The notes under the pieces: model-generated | Seen by the model: the letters and a program-made list of their open reading frames with translations, nothing else | The model's database searches: none | Told to the model about the DNA's origin: nothing | Position numbers and translations under genes: made by a program | Source: Octopus vulgaris | Lineage: Eukaryota | Length of the DNA stretch: 64,000 bases | Reading direction: 5' to 3' | NCBI GenBank assembly: GCA_951406725.2 | Contig: OX597824.1 | Coordinates: 63,426,001 to 63,490,000 of the forward strand | Shown: positions 13,017 through 26,150 of the stretch, in pieces | Layout of the letters: each line of letters opens with the position of its first letter | How positions within the stretch are numbered: position 1 is the first letter of the stretch

Positions 13017-14099
13017 CGTCATCGAGTAAATTACTTGTGTTACTGCAAAAAGAAAAGAAAAAAAGAAAAAAAACGTGTGTTGAAAGTTTTGTAAGCAAAT
13101 TATATGAGTGTACACTTCGTTTTACGAGTAAATCAAGTCTTTTCAGAAAACGGTTATTGCATTTGATGATAACAGCTACGTCATGCAAGTAATTTTATCT
13201 TACATCGAAAACCAAACAGAGCTAAAAGAAAATCACGGAATCATAAACGTAAAAAACATATAAAAATAGAATATAGAATAAAATAAAGTATCTACCATTA
13301 TTACTCAACAACCTTTGACATAAGCGTCCTTAAAGCTAAACATACCTTACTGTATTTTATTACGAAACAAAATAACTGTTGCTAGTTCTCTATAATTTGA
13401 ACATCATTAGAGGTTAGACGCTTCTGTAATGACAGTTTTTCAAATTTTTTTTCTACAAGCTCATTTTGTTGCCTTTTTGCATTGTTAGTATTACCAATAT
13501 TATTGTTACTACTACTACTATTATAACTGCTGCTGCTGCTACTACTACTACTACCACTATTTTTCTTTTGTTCCTTTGCCTGTATGTTGAATGATTATTC
13601 TACATTTCATCGTTGTTACAATTTGTCTTACATTTTCGTTTTACTGTATTTGTCCTCTCCGACAGCCAAATAAATAAATAAATAAAGTATCTTTCTCCCT
13701 GTTCGTATGTGTGCAAGTGCGTATATTTTAACATGAGAGTGCATCTGCTGTACATGTTTGTGTATGACGGTGTCAAATAACCTCGTTGATTTTGCGTTTT
13801 ATGATTATAGCTTGTTACTGTTCAATTCCCGTTGACTTTTAAATAATTTTTTTTCTTTCTTATACAGATCGGGGTGGATGAGTTAGTTTCAAAGGAGACA
13901 TATGTTATGACCTAAATGTCTCATGTTGTTGGCAACAACACCAACAAGTGTTGTCGGCTACATTTTTGGCACTTGATATTTGATGATGTGTATCTGCACA
14001 CTAGTATGTGTGACATTTTGTGTACTTGTGTATGTGTGTCAGTACATATATATATATATATATATATACAGAGAGAGAGAGAGACAGACAGAGAGAGAG

Positions 14100-14959
14100 T
14101 GGGGGTACGATGAATAAATTGTCGAGGAAAATAACGCAAAATGGAAATAACACTGACAGCTCAATTTAACATACATTTACCAAAATTACATTAAAATATC
14201 TTGAAACACTTAAGAGTAAATTTATTCAACAAAATTACCATTGGTTTCAACCACGGCCTCCAGACGACTTTGGATGCTCCTACAACTCTTCTGAACGGTC
14301 TCCTTGTTAAGTTGGTGAATGCTGCCTTAATCCTTGCCTTCAATTTATCTTTGGTGCAACAAGACATTTTGTTGTTCTCTTGGTCAATTGCACCCCATAC
14401 ATAATAATCAAGAGAGTTGCAGTCTGGGGAGTTACGTGACCAAACGTTAGGGGTAATGAGGTCGCAGGAATTGTCTGACAATCATGACTGAGTTATCCTA
14501 TTTCTGTGGCATCGTGCAGAGTCCTGTTACCAAACAAAGAGTCTTCCAGCTGCCACTCTTTTGACCCTTGGCAGCACTATCTCCTCCCGGCATTCCGTAT
14601 TGAGTCTGAGGTTGTGCGCAAAGATGAATGGAGGCATAACTTCGCCATCACTAGTGATCACTCCAAACACCATGATGCTGATAGGATGTTTGAATTTTAT
14701 CACCCTCAGTACATGTCCTCAGATTGCTCTGTCTTCAGATTGACACCCAAACACTCTGAAATATACGTATTGGTGCTTCCGGCGTGAATACAGCATGTCG
14801 TTTCCAAATTTCTGGGAGAGTGAATTGCATCATGCTGTTTGTCTTTTCTCACATACGGTGCCCAACTGACGCTACTATACTGTGTAGTCGACAAATTTAA
14901 AAACAACGGCCATGCACAAAATTAAATATATTGTAACAATTTACCCATCGCATCCCCCG
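14100..14959 (-). mobile_element. Internally deleted Tc1/mariner element of DD37D (maT)-type
   Basis: Minus translation MVFGVITSDGEVMPPFIF..VW*QDSARCH..WSRNSPDCNSLDYYVWG. Degenerate TIRs GGGGGTACGATGAATAAATTGT / ACAATTTACCCATCGCATCCCCCG followed by TA. Confidence 0.85.
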
Positions 14960-14963
14960 TATG

Positions 14964-15127
<164 letters not shown>

Positions 15128-15137
15128 TATATATATG

Positions 15138-15368
15138 CAGGCGGCGTGCTGGCAGACACGTTAGCACGCCGGGCGAAATGCTTAGCGGTATTTCGTTGTC
15201 GTTACGTTCTAAGTTCAAATTCCGCCGAGGTCAACCTTGCCTTTCATCCTTTCGGAGTCGATAAATAAAGTACCAGTCTCGCACTGGGGTCGATATAATC
15301 GACTCAATTCCTTCGTCTGTCCTTGTTTGTCCCCTCTATGTTTAGCCCCTTGTGGGCAGTAAAGAAAT
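15138..15368 (+). mobile_element. SINE family B (tRNA head plus Meta/MESC-like domain), well preserved
   Basis: GGCGGCGTGCTGGCAGA..GTTCAAATTCCGCCGAGGTCAACCTTGCCTTTCATCCTTTCGGAGTCGATAAATAAAGTACCAG. Further copies near 26180-26380, 35835-36220, 39255-39460, 45843-46025, 50490-50580, 56950-57135, 59770-60275. Confidence 0.9.
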
Positions 15369-16329
15369 ATATGCATATATACGTATATGGATATTTATAT
15401 CCATGCACGTGTGCGTGTGTGTGTGGGGGGTGTATGTATATATATACATATATACACACATACATACACAAAATACACATAAATATGTATGTGTATGTAT
15501 GTATGTATAAATATATGTGTGTGTGTGTTTGTGGGAGTTAACTCTGCTTGAAATCGATATTTCAAAATGACACTCTGAATGGCATAGTGTCTCTCTTTAA
15601 TGTGCGCTGATTGCTTTATGGGAAGCAGAATTACTGCAATAAATACATATATCTAAAACCAGTGACACAAGAGATATTTTCAGTTGTTTAAGGAGAGTGA
15701 TGGCATTGTTGTAGCATCAGGTCAGACCTGATGGAGTGGATCTATTATCAACGCGATCTGATTCCATTTTTTAACTTCAAACATGGTGTGTTTAAAAGCA
15801 TAGCACTTAATGTATGTTTTTACTCAAAACATCTCATTCTTCGGTTTGTAGGTGAGAATACTAATGCTTACAACATTTAAACTGACTACATGGTAGTACT
15901 CTCGTCCGCATATCGTCATTTGGATGCAAGTCAACTCTAAAACAACAAACACAAAATTGATTTTAAAAATAAGGCATCGGAGGCGCGATGCATACCATTT
16001 GCGCAGATAAGTTGTTTTGCAAATTATAGTGTCACTTACCATGGGTGGCTTACCAATGATTCTTAATTGAACTGAATTCATTTTGTTTTAAGTATCACTG
16101 TTATAGGTAATTATACTCCGTGTGTGTGTAATTATACACACACACATACACAGAGTCGCATATCTCTGTATGTATGTATGTATGTGTATGTATGTATGTA
16201 TGTATGTATGTATGTATGTATGTATGTATGTGTGTGTACCCACACGTATCTACGCGCAGAGGTGCACCATGATCTATACACGCAAACGAGGGTCGGTTGA
16301 TATGAAAAATTAAGCGAACAAAATAATAT

Positions 16330-16542
16330 GACCACTTACAGGAAATTTGTAAGTTTGATTTTTTTTTTTAAGATAATCAAACAAATGTTCCTTATTTCGA
16401 GCCACTCTCCCAAATGTGGTGAAAATCCGTTCTACTGTTTTCCAGTAATTTTGCAAAAACACAGACAGACAGACAAACAGACAGACAAGCAAAGACGAGT
16501 GATTAAAATATCCTGCTTTCGCTTACGCGCGCAGGGTAAAAA
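16330..16542 (-). mobile_element. Helentron-associated (DINE-1/HINE-like) element
   Basis: Minus strand TTTTTACCCTGC..GCAGGATATTTT short inverted repeat, then (GTCT)n, then GAACGGATTTTCACCACATTTGG core. Confidence 0.7.
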
Positions 16543-18144
16543 TGTTTCTAACTCGTTCCTTTACCCTAGACAGGTTTATGGCCAAATGGTTGATGAATTC
16601 GCTTCGTAAACACCAGGTTGTGCTTCCGATCACACTGCAATACATTTTCCGCACACATTTTCTATAGCCTCGAGCCAATACATATATTGTAAATTAGATC
16701 GGGTAGATGTAAATAGTATACATGCCCATTGGGTAGATTGTATCTGTAGTTCAAAAGATATACCGTTATCACACAATATGTTATGTTGATTCTGCATAAG
16801 AATCACGTTAAGGGTACACGCTTCTATGGAATTCACAGTTACAAGTTAATTCGAAAGAAGATAATTCTGATCATTGAATAAATGAAACCTTATTGTCGAG
16901 TGATACAGATCCATCACAACCACCATGGTATATTTAGCAGTACATTATCAAATGTGCCCTTCCTCATTTGGCAAGACCATAGACTGTGCTTTGAGGGAGA
17001 TTTGATTGATGTTTAGTATGCCAGTGATCAACCACATGAAAGCAATCACGCTGGTTCGTGAAACAAAGTAGTGCAGTGAAATTTAAATACATTGGTTAAT
17101 AAAGTGATGGATTAATCTTAACCTGGATATAAGATGATATATAATCATAAGGAAAATAAATTTGTTCACAAATGCTAACAGCAATATGATTAATGAGTGG
17201 AGGATGGTTATTAGTTCAAATTATAATCGTAATTGAAATAATATTCATCAACTTTAATTACGGTTTTTCTCAAGAAAGCTAAAGGCGACGCTACTGGTAA
17301 AAACTGTCAGAAACTTTAATGGCGGGAGGTCTGTAAGGGACATCAATCAGATGTTTGTTTCATACGGCGAACGTTTTATGGATCAACATGTTACATGCAA
17401 GTTTCCTCTCTCAAACAAAGTTGACCTTGGTGGGTTTTGAATTTACATCTCAGAGAAACATAATAAAAACTACAAGGTAGAGTATGACAAATCTCTTTCA
17501 ATGGTCGAAGATATAAATCTGAAAGAACCCCATTCAGATTTAAAATAAAATACAGGGATTTTGTGTAGCGCCTTTCGTATTAGATGACCAAAGACATCAG
17601 AACAATAACAATAACAATTATAGGTAATACAGGTTAATAAAAGAGAGCTGTCATCTTTCGACTTGCAAGAAATAGCAATCAAATTTCATTATATCATGCT
17701 CCACTGTCTTCAAAGTCGCAAAGATATACCATAATATTGTAATTCAAAATACCTCAGTACCTTAAAGGTAACCTTGTATGATTAGGGAACATGTGGAATA
17801 ACTGATAATAAACGGGTGAATGCGGCGGGAAACTGGAACGCATTACTGTATCTTTAGAATGATATTTTTTGAACTGAGTCAAGAGAAAAAACAACTAAAC
17901 TGGTTAGTTTTGGGGCTGCTTAACCGATTCTTCTTAATTCAGTTTGTCATTATCCGAATGAAAAGAGAAAAATGTTTTAAATGTAACATCTATATTTTAC
18001 AGAGAAAATTGAAGTGCATGTTTACTAAAATACGTCTGTATTTTAACATGCACATACACACACATACACACATACACAGGGAGAGGGAGGAGAGATGGAT
18101 ATATATATATATTGATAGATAGATAGATACACACATATACATAC

Positions 18145-18183
<39 letters not shown>

Positions 18184-18184
18184 C

Positions 18185-18412
18185 TTTATTTAAAGCAGCA
18201 GAAAATTCAACAAAATCTGTTACTCTGAGTTTCTCGTTGCCGTCCATCAGACAGTTTTTGTTAGAATGGAACCGATATATGAGGAATTGATATATCGGTT
18301 CCATTCTAACAAAAACTGTCTGATGGACGGCAACGAGAAACTCATACTCTACCACTGGTATTTGAGTACTCTTTTTTTCCACCTTGTTTCACATTTATGT
18401 GTTTACTCCGGT
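18185..18412. mobile_element. Hammerhead-motif repeat with perfect 55-bp fold-back palindrome
   Basis: Arms 18226-18280 and 18290-18344 are exact reverse complements. Minus 18217-18254 reads CTGT-CTGATGG-ACGGCAACGA-GAAA-CTCAGAG-TA-ACAG. Confidence 0.75.
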
Positions 18413-19214
18413 ATATATATATATATATATAGATGTCTATCAGTCTCTCCCCCTCTCTTTCATTCCATCTATATATGTGTACACATACACATACAAACAC
18501 AAAACAACAAGTATATTTATAGATAGTTACGCACACATATAATAAAGCTTATAATTCACTGATTGATAATTATTAAAAAAGTCCCTCTCATAATATATTT
18601 TACCTACTAAGTAACAAATCTTTTTCTTTACCCTTCCACTTTTTCTTTCACTCTTTCCTTCTATTTTCTTACTTGCTTTCGTTCTCACTCTTTTCCTCGT
18701 TTTTTTTTTATTCTTCGTCTATTTTTGACTTTCGTTCATTGTTTTCTTTATTAATGACTTTGTTAAAACATTTTTCAATTCCTTTCTTTTTTATTTACTT
18801 GGTGGAATAATTTCTTAATTTATTTGCTGTTTTCTTCTTCCTGTCTTCAATTCTTTAATGATTTATTTTTCTTAGACTATTCTCTTTCACGCTTACTCTA
18901 TTTCTTTCTCTCTCACCATCACCGACACCACCACTACTACCATGGGTCTTTAATATTACCTTATATGTTCTCTCTCTTATTTGTCTGTTTTCATTATGAA
19001 AGAATACACACACACACACACATGCAATTACTAACTTATTTGAAATATTTCACATTCGATGAGTTTAGGTTGGAAACATAATTACAGATTATTTTCAATA
19101 ACAATTTAATAAATTCATATCATGGTGCACAGAGAAATTTGTTCAAGTAAAATCTTTGAAAAGAGAAACGGTCAAGCATCCGACAAAGTAGAAACATACT
19201 ATTAAAAGCGTGTT

Positions 19215-19575
19215 TATGTCATGAGAAGTTTGCTTCCCAACCTCATGGTTCCGGGTTCAGTTCCATTGCGTGGCAACTTGGGTAAGTGGCTTCTGCTATG
19301 GCCTCGGGCCGACCTGTGAGTTGTGAGTGGATATGGCATACGGAAACTGAGAAAACATCGTCGTGTTTGTTTGTGTGTGTGTGTGTGTGTGTGTGAGTGT
19401 GCACGCGTGTATTTGGGACTATATTTTACCTCACTACCGCTTGTCAGCCGGCGGTGGTGTGTCTACGTCCCACAACATTGCAGTTCGGCAAAGAGACCAA
19501 TAAAATAAGTACTTGGATTAAATTGTTCAAGTAAAATCTTTTTCTAGTGGTGCTTCAGTATTACCGCAGTCTAAA
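19215..19575 (+). mobile_element. SINE family A with internal (TG)n
   Basis: AGAAGTTTGCTTCCCAACCTCATGGTTCCGGGTTCAG..CAGTTCGGCAAAGAGACC. Confidence 0.85.
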
Positions 19576-20139
19576 CACACACACATACACACACATACAC
19601 ACACTCACTTAAAGTTATTTTGATAATAAGATCTGTCCGAACTTAAGTGCTTCGTATTCAAGTGAAAGTATGTTATATCGGTTGAAATAAAACGTTGCCT
19701 AACTGCGTGGTTCAACGAGTTTGTGTTGACCACTAAAGTTAAGTTATGTATTTTGAGACGTCAAGTTTCACCAGTCCCTTCAATCAGTGCAAAAACAACG
19801 CTTCACTAATTTCTGTAAGACGTTCTGAACTCCACTCAATTTAAGAAACCACCTAAAAATATTCCAAAATTCTTTCGCCCACTTGAGCTAATGCTGACCA
19901 TCATTTTTCTATTTTTTTCCACAAGCCATTTCCCAAACTTATCTTTTATTCACACCTGCTTTTATGTAGTCACTAGATGAGCTACAAAATGTCGACCAAT
20001 TCTTACTCCAGGCACAGCCTACAGTCTTACCAAATGAAGAACGACACATTTGATAATGTACTGTTAAATATACTATGGTGGTGGTGCTTGTGCTGGATGT
20101 TACTCGAAAACGAGGATTCATTCAATCAGCTGAATTATC

Positions 20140-20620
20140 TCCTTCCGAATTAATGTACAAGTAGCTGTGAATTCGATCATATACACATCGAAAATACAGT
20201 AGAGACGTGTTCCAAGTTTCAGAATTAGAGATAACTTTAATGCAGGAACTGGTATATAGTGCCAGTTTCGTGATTTCCACCTTGGAAATCAAGAATAGAA
20301 ACACTCTGTTGTATCAGTTTATTTTTTAGAGGTCTTCAACTGTTCAACTTATTTTGGTAATCAGAAGTATAATTTAGGTAATTAAACTTCTGATTACCTA
20401 AAGAAATCAGAAGTATAAGAGGAACCTTTGCTGAAACACTGAAAGAAACATTGGATAAACTATCGACGATACCGGACCAGCAAAGCATTCAAGGATACAC
20501 CCAGGGAAGATAAACTGTTAGAAACTCAATGATAGGCCAACTTCCTGCCATAAAGCGACAAGAAAACCGATAGGAAGAAAGTTAAGGTGAATTTCCAGCA
20601 TGGTTGTAGTCCTACCACTA
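20140..20620 (+). mobile_element. CR1-group LINE 3' fragment
   Basis: IIYTSKIQ*RRVPSFRI..NAGTG, LQLFNL, LPKEIRSI..LKETLDKLSTIPDQ..RNSMIGQ. Homologous to the C-terminus of the 22440-23490 element. Confidence 0.7.
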
Positions 20621-21486
20621 AAACCATTAAAAGAGTAAAATAAAGAACCTGTGTTCTACACTTTAAACTATCTTATTTGCTCCCTATCGCAAATAACATG
20701 GACATCCTTTACTTTATATTATAAAAGTTACTTTCATTAAAATCTTAGAAAATCTTCTACACGACCCTTTGCATTGTGAAGCATTTTATTTGCAATTTTC
20801 TAAACTGGCTCGATAAAACAATAGGCAAAATCTCAAGCCTTTATTAACTCGAATTTTATAATAAATTCATCTCTACGCTCCATATTGAGTCGCAAAATCT
20901 TTAGATATAACTTTGTTATTCTTAAACTAGCTTCAAAATATTATTTAAAGTTCAAAACGTATGTGTGTCTGTGTTTGTGAGTGTATGTATAGACACACAT
21001 ACAAGCTCGCGGGTGTATACACAACGCCACACATGTTTTAATTTCAATCTAAACACATTCATATACAGTGAAGCACTATATCCATATATAACTCTCTAGA
21101 CAGTAGCTGGAATAAAAAATAAGATAGAAAGATAGAAAGGCAGTGTGAGACAGAGATAGAGACAGAGAAAGAACTGTATTTAGATGGGGGTGGTGTACGC
21201 ACGAGTGTTTGTATGCATTTATATGTATAACTGTGGATGGATTTCCTTGACTATGAGCTTTGCATTACAATGTTTTCTATTGTATGTATATATGGAAGTA
21301 AAGAATCACATTGCAAATAAGGAGGATAAAGAATATTTTAATACATAGAGCATTGATTCTTTACCGTATTTGGCACATGCAACCATATCACTACAATTCA
21401 GCATGTCACTCCGCTCTTTGAAAGATTACGTGACTCAAAAGTGCATTCGAAATAATACCCACTTCATAATAATTCCTATGTGTATG

Positions 21487-21595
<109 letters not shown>

Positions 21596-21647
21596 TGTGT
21601 GTGTGCGTGTGTGTAGATATATATATACATACACGCGCGCACACACA

Positions 21648-21697
<50 letters not shown>

Positions 21698-21779
21698 AAG
21701 AGAGATACATATATAGATAGATGCATACATACATAGATAAACTTACTTGGAATTAGATGCATGGCGTTCAATCATATAA

Positions 21780-22345
21780 TAATATAAATAATACATATAT
21801 ATATATGAATATATACATACATATATGTACATACTTACATATATATGTATATACATATGCATATATGGGTACAGAACGTCATAAAACGTAAACAACATGA
21901 AATACGAAAACAATATGAAATAAGAAATGCAAAAACATGGAATACGATCTTTTTTACGAACAACGAAGGAAACACATGGAAAACAAGACAAGTTGTCGGC
22001 TGTTTTATCTACTCCACATTTCGAGCAATTACAACAAGATGTGTCTTCGAGAGAGCAGTTGCTCCCCCAAGGCAAAATATAATTTGAGATTTGCAGGGGG
22101 TCAAAGTTGGTAAGGAAAACAGGACAGTGAGAACAAACAGTAAGGGCTGCTAAGCCATAACGAGGTGAGGTGGCGAACGCTGGAGGAACAAGCTTTGACA
22201 GAAGAAAAGATAGGAGAGGAGACAGACAAGAATGCGTCTGATCTGTGGCAGATCAAAAGGAAAGAAATAACCTCAAGTTAGGAAAAGAAAGATGGCCGAT
22301 GGTCACGTGTGAGCAACGAGAGAGTAAAGGAAAAAGTGTGAGAAA
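21780..22345 (-). mobile_element. Non-coding interspersed repeat, same family as the tandem pair at 54640-55640
   Basis: Reverse complement shares TTCCATGTTTT..GTTTTCGT..CTGTACCCATATATGCAT..TGTA.GTATGTACATATAT. Confidence 0.7.
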
Positions 22346-22439
22346 AATATATATATCTTTTATCTTTCACTGGTTTCAGCCAGATGCCCGAGTCATGCTG
22401 GATCACTTCCTTTCAGTGTGTTGACGCTTGTTTTACGTA

Positions 22440-23490
22440 CTGTTTTTGGTGAAGTAGCGAGGTGGAGGGAGCTGTTCTTCTTCCTGCCTACTATCGTTAT
22501 GTGGATTCACCTGGTATTCCAGATTAAAAAAACTTGTTAAACTCTCTTTGAATTCCTCCACATCTACATCTCGCAATCCCTGAGGTAGCTTAACAGAATG
22601 TTAAATAGTCTTGCGCTCTTAAAACCCAATTTATTTGAGATGGAGAAAACGGAATCTTTGATTCTATGCGGTGCCGTCAATTTCGGTGTTTGTAAAAGCT
22701 TTCAAATCTAAAGTTGGGAGTTCAGTTGTTTAGGATTTTCATATGTATATCTTTCACTCCTTGTCTCACGGAAGTAGAGCTTCAGTTCCTTTAGCCATTC
22801 CCAGTAGCTCATCTTCTTCACCAAGTCAATTGTATTTGTGTAGTGGCGCTGCATTACCTCATGTTCCGCCACCATTTAGACGCTATGTTGCGACCACAGT
22901 TGGGAGCAGTAATCCAGACGACTAAGAACGAAAGTTCTGAATAGGAGTAGCATGGTATCCATTTTTCTTGTCCTCAGTGATCTCAGAATTCATCCATTTA
23001 GTCGCCTGTAGTGTTGCTACATTGATAATATGCAAATAACATGTTGCATTATTACTCATGCATATTCCCGGGTCATTGTGACTCTGAGAGTGTATTACCC
23101 ACCGGTCCTGTGTACTCCGATTGATTTCTGATTGTAGCTCGGTAGTGGGGTGCTTGCATCTTCTCAGCATTGAACTGCATGATATGTTTATCAGCCCATT
23201 TATATATTGCATATAAGTCATTTTGCAGTTTTAGTATGTCATCAGGGTCCTTGACCGTCTGTCGTACGCGTAGCTGGTGAGATCGACTGACTGTATGGCC
23301 GAAGGCATTTCTGAGAGAGCCAACACAAAAATAGTGGCCCCATTACAATTCCTTGAAGAACTCCGCGGTGAATTGCAGTCTCCCCAGAGAACACCACTGG
23401 TTGCAATTGTCTGACTTTTGTCTTTTAGAATGTCAAGCTGCCACTCTCCCAGTTTTCCAATGATACCAAGGTCAGAACTACAAAGATGTG
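22440..23490 (-). mobile_element. CR1-group LINE ORF2 (RT) 3' fragment, decayed
   Basis: Minus: DLGIIGKLGEW.., GVLQGIVMGPLF, LTSYAYD (YADD), LQNDLYAIYKWAD..MQFNAEK, FVLSRLDYCSQLWS, SYWEWLKELKLY, LGFKSARLFNIL. Confidence 0.9.
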
Positions 23491-23770
23491 TTGACAGAAA
23501 TGGAACCAATTCATGCAAACCTCTTCACGTAAATTTTGGGTAGGAATCACACGTCACGAGCTAAAATTTCCCTGCCTGATTTTTCATCGAAGATAAATCT
23601 TACTCCCGAATCACTCATCGCCGCTAAAAGTTCATACTGGTATCCATTAGTAATTATTCAACTGGTAATTTAATTGGGAACTGAATCCAAATATACGTCA
23701 GCAATGTTAAAGAAATATCCTCTTGATACAACTTCTAGCGCTGTGAAACGCTTTATAAGTATCATTTCTA

Positions 23771-25026
23771 TTAGATCGTCAAGTGTGAAATGTGTAGAAA
23801 AGAAAAAAGTTTGCTAATAACTTTATAAAAGTTTACTAATGTTATATAAAAACAAGGGATAGTTTTGTTCATCAAAGTATGCACCCATATTGTCAATACA
23901 CTTTTGCCATTTCAGCGGTAGTTTGTCCATCCCGGAATTGTAAAAGCCTGGCAATCTAGAATCAATAACATTTTGGAAGGCCTGTTTTACAGCATCGTCG
24001 GAATTAAAATGTTTTCCTATCAAAATATTATCCAAATTCTGGAAGAAGTGGTAGTCAGTCGGGGAAAGATCAGGTAAGTATGGTGGATGATGGAGAACTT
24101 CCAAATCCAAATTCAGTAGTTTCGCCAATGTCAATTTTGCGATGTGTGGTCTGGCGTTGTCTTGCGATAAAATAGGAGTGGATTTGTTGATTAATTTGTT
24201 CTTTTTTTTTGTAAGTTTCTGCATCATTTGGTCCAGTTCGCCGCAGTATACTTCGGCCGTGATTGATGAGCCAGCTTTAATGAAATCATAATGGATCACA
24301 CCTACACCAGACCACCAAACATACACCATCAGCTTCTTTTGATGAATTTTGCATTTTGGACTGTGTTTTGGTGGCCCGCCTTTGTCTAACCATTGTGCTG
24401 AACGATTACAGTTGTTGTATTGGATCCATTTTTCATCGCGTTACAATTCGATTCAAAAATGATTCATTTTTGTGACGAGAATGTAGCATAATGCAGGCTA
24501 CCAAACGTTGCTGTTTCTTATTTTCATTCAGTTCATGTGGAACACACTTATCCAACTTTTACACTTTACCGATTTGAACTAGGTGAGTCAATATTGTTTG
24601 CTTGCTAACACCAAACAAAACGACAATTCACGGGCACTTTGAGATAGATCTGACTCGACGGTGACTTTCAGTTCGTCATTATACACCTTTGTTTCTGGTC
24701 GATCGCGTTGCTCATTTGTGAGGTCAAAATAACCAGAATGAAATTTTGCAAACCAATTAACATTCCGAACTGTCTTTGATGCTGTATTTCCAAGAAAGAA
24801 CTCATATTTCAAAACTGTACGAATTTCTAACTTATCAATCTCTAAGCCAAAATAGCAAAACACGATTTATAAATACTTTATAAAGCGCAAAATGAGTTAA
24901 CATAAAGAAATATGTGTCAGCTTTCTGACAAGAAATAAAGGTTGTCAAAATATAATAAAGTCACAAAATGAGTAGCTGTCAAAGTTTACCATATACTTAC
25001 TACAAATTTCATACTTGACGACTTAA
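23771..25026 (-). mobile_element. Full-length decayed mariner (DD34D), about 1.26 kb
   Basis: TA-flanked TIRs TTAGATCGTCAAGTGTGAAAT / ATTTCATACTTGACGACTTAA. Motifs WFAKFHSG, KCVPHEL, DEKWIQY, QDNARPH, HPPYLPDLSPTDYHFF (ORFs 23823-24329 and 24588-24863). Confidence 0.95.
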
Positions 25027-25837
25027 TAATAGCTACATAGCATGGAAATACTTTCTAAAGCATTAGCACATGTTTATCCTTTTATTCTATACCGCACAGT
25101 TACAGTGAAGTAAACATATCGGAACTAGTTGCCATTCGATGAGAGTGGATACACGCAATCAGAAAGATGCAAATTCAATGGCCTTTCACATATTCACATT
25201 TGTCAAATTCACTTAAAAGGCATTGATCGGAGTGAGGCTATTGTAAAAAAAATACTTGCTTAAGGTGCCACGATGTGGGACTGAACCAGATACACTGTGA
25301 GTTCAAAGCGAACTTCTTAGTTACGCAACTGTCTTGAAACTACCACACAGATACTGACCTCCCGAATTTCATTTTATCTTTACAGTTCAATAATTTCAGT
25401 TTTCTGGTATGCTTATCTTTTATCTTTTACATGTTTCAGTCATTGAACTGCGGCCATGCCGGAGAACTGCCACGAAGAATCTATAATCAAATGAATCGAC
25501 GGCAGTGCATTTTTTCCTTTTTTTCAACGAATCAATGACATTTGATATTTTATTTATTTTCATACACTTACCCTCCATTCTTCGAACGATATATGAAGAA
25601 GCATGTTGTTAACAAGTAGATTCCAAGTAACCTGTAGTTTCCAACCTCACCATTAATAAAAACACTAAATTAACGTATATTTAATTGTAGTTCTATTTAA
25701 TACACACACTCACACACAACTTCATATATACGTTAAAGTAGTGAGTAAAGGCAAGGCCTGACAAGGATATTTAATATCATTTAATTCAATCTAATTTAGC
25801 CACATAACGAATGGGTGAAAAATAGTAAAAAATATAA

Positions 25838-25926
25838 TCTCTGACAGCTGTTTCTGGAATGCCCACCCAATGGAGCCTTCTATTGAGCGAAGGCTCCGTA
25901 TGGTGGATATATCATCATCAGAGAGA
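25838..25926 (-). ncRNA. Minimal type I hammerhead ribozyme with extended stem II
   Basis: Minus: TCTCT-CTGATGA-[long stem II including CCACC/GGTGG and GGAGCCTTC/GAAGGCTCC]-GAAA-C-AGCT-GTC-AGAGA. Full catalytic core, GUC triplet, 5-bp stem I, palindromic stem III. Confidence 0.8.
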
Positions 25927-26029
25927 TATAGATAATAAAGTAGAGGAAAGTTCCTCATCAATGATATTTATTGTTGTTCATTATGTCCAGGAGAGAGGAA
26001 GGGTCCAGTTAAATCCAGTTAGTTCATAA

Positions 26030-26150
26030 ATACTCCACTCTAAACGCTTCGCAACGTTTGTTTTTGAAAGCAGTGGTTTTCTAATTGCAGCCGTCCCGTG
26101 AAATCCGACTTTGTACAGCTCCCGTCCAACAGTTTTTGTGGAAACATAAC
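26030..26150 (-). mobile_element. Tc1-family transposase fragment (HTH to N-catalytic linker)
   Basis: VSTKTVGRELYKVGFHGTAAIRKPLLSKTNVAKRLEW. Confidence 0.85.
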
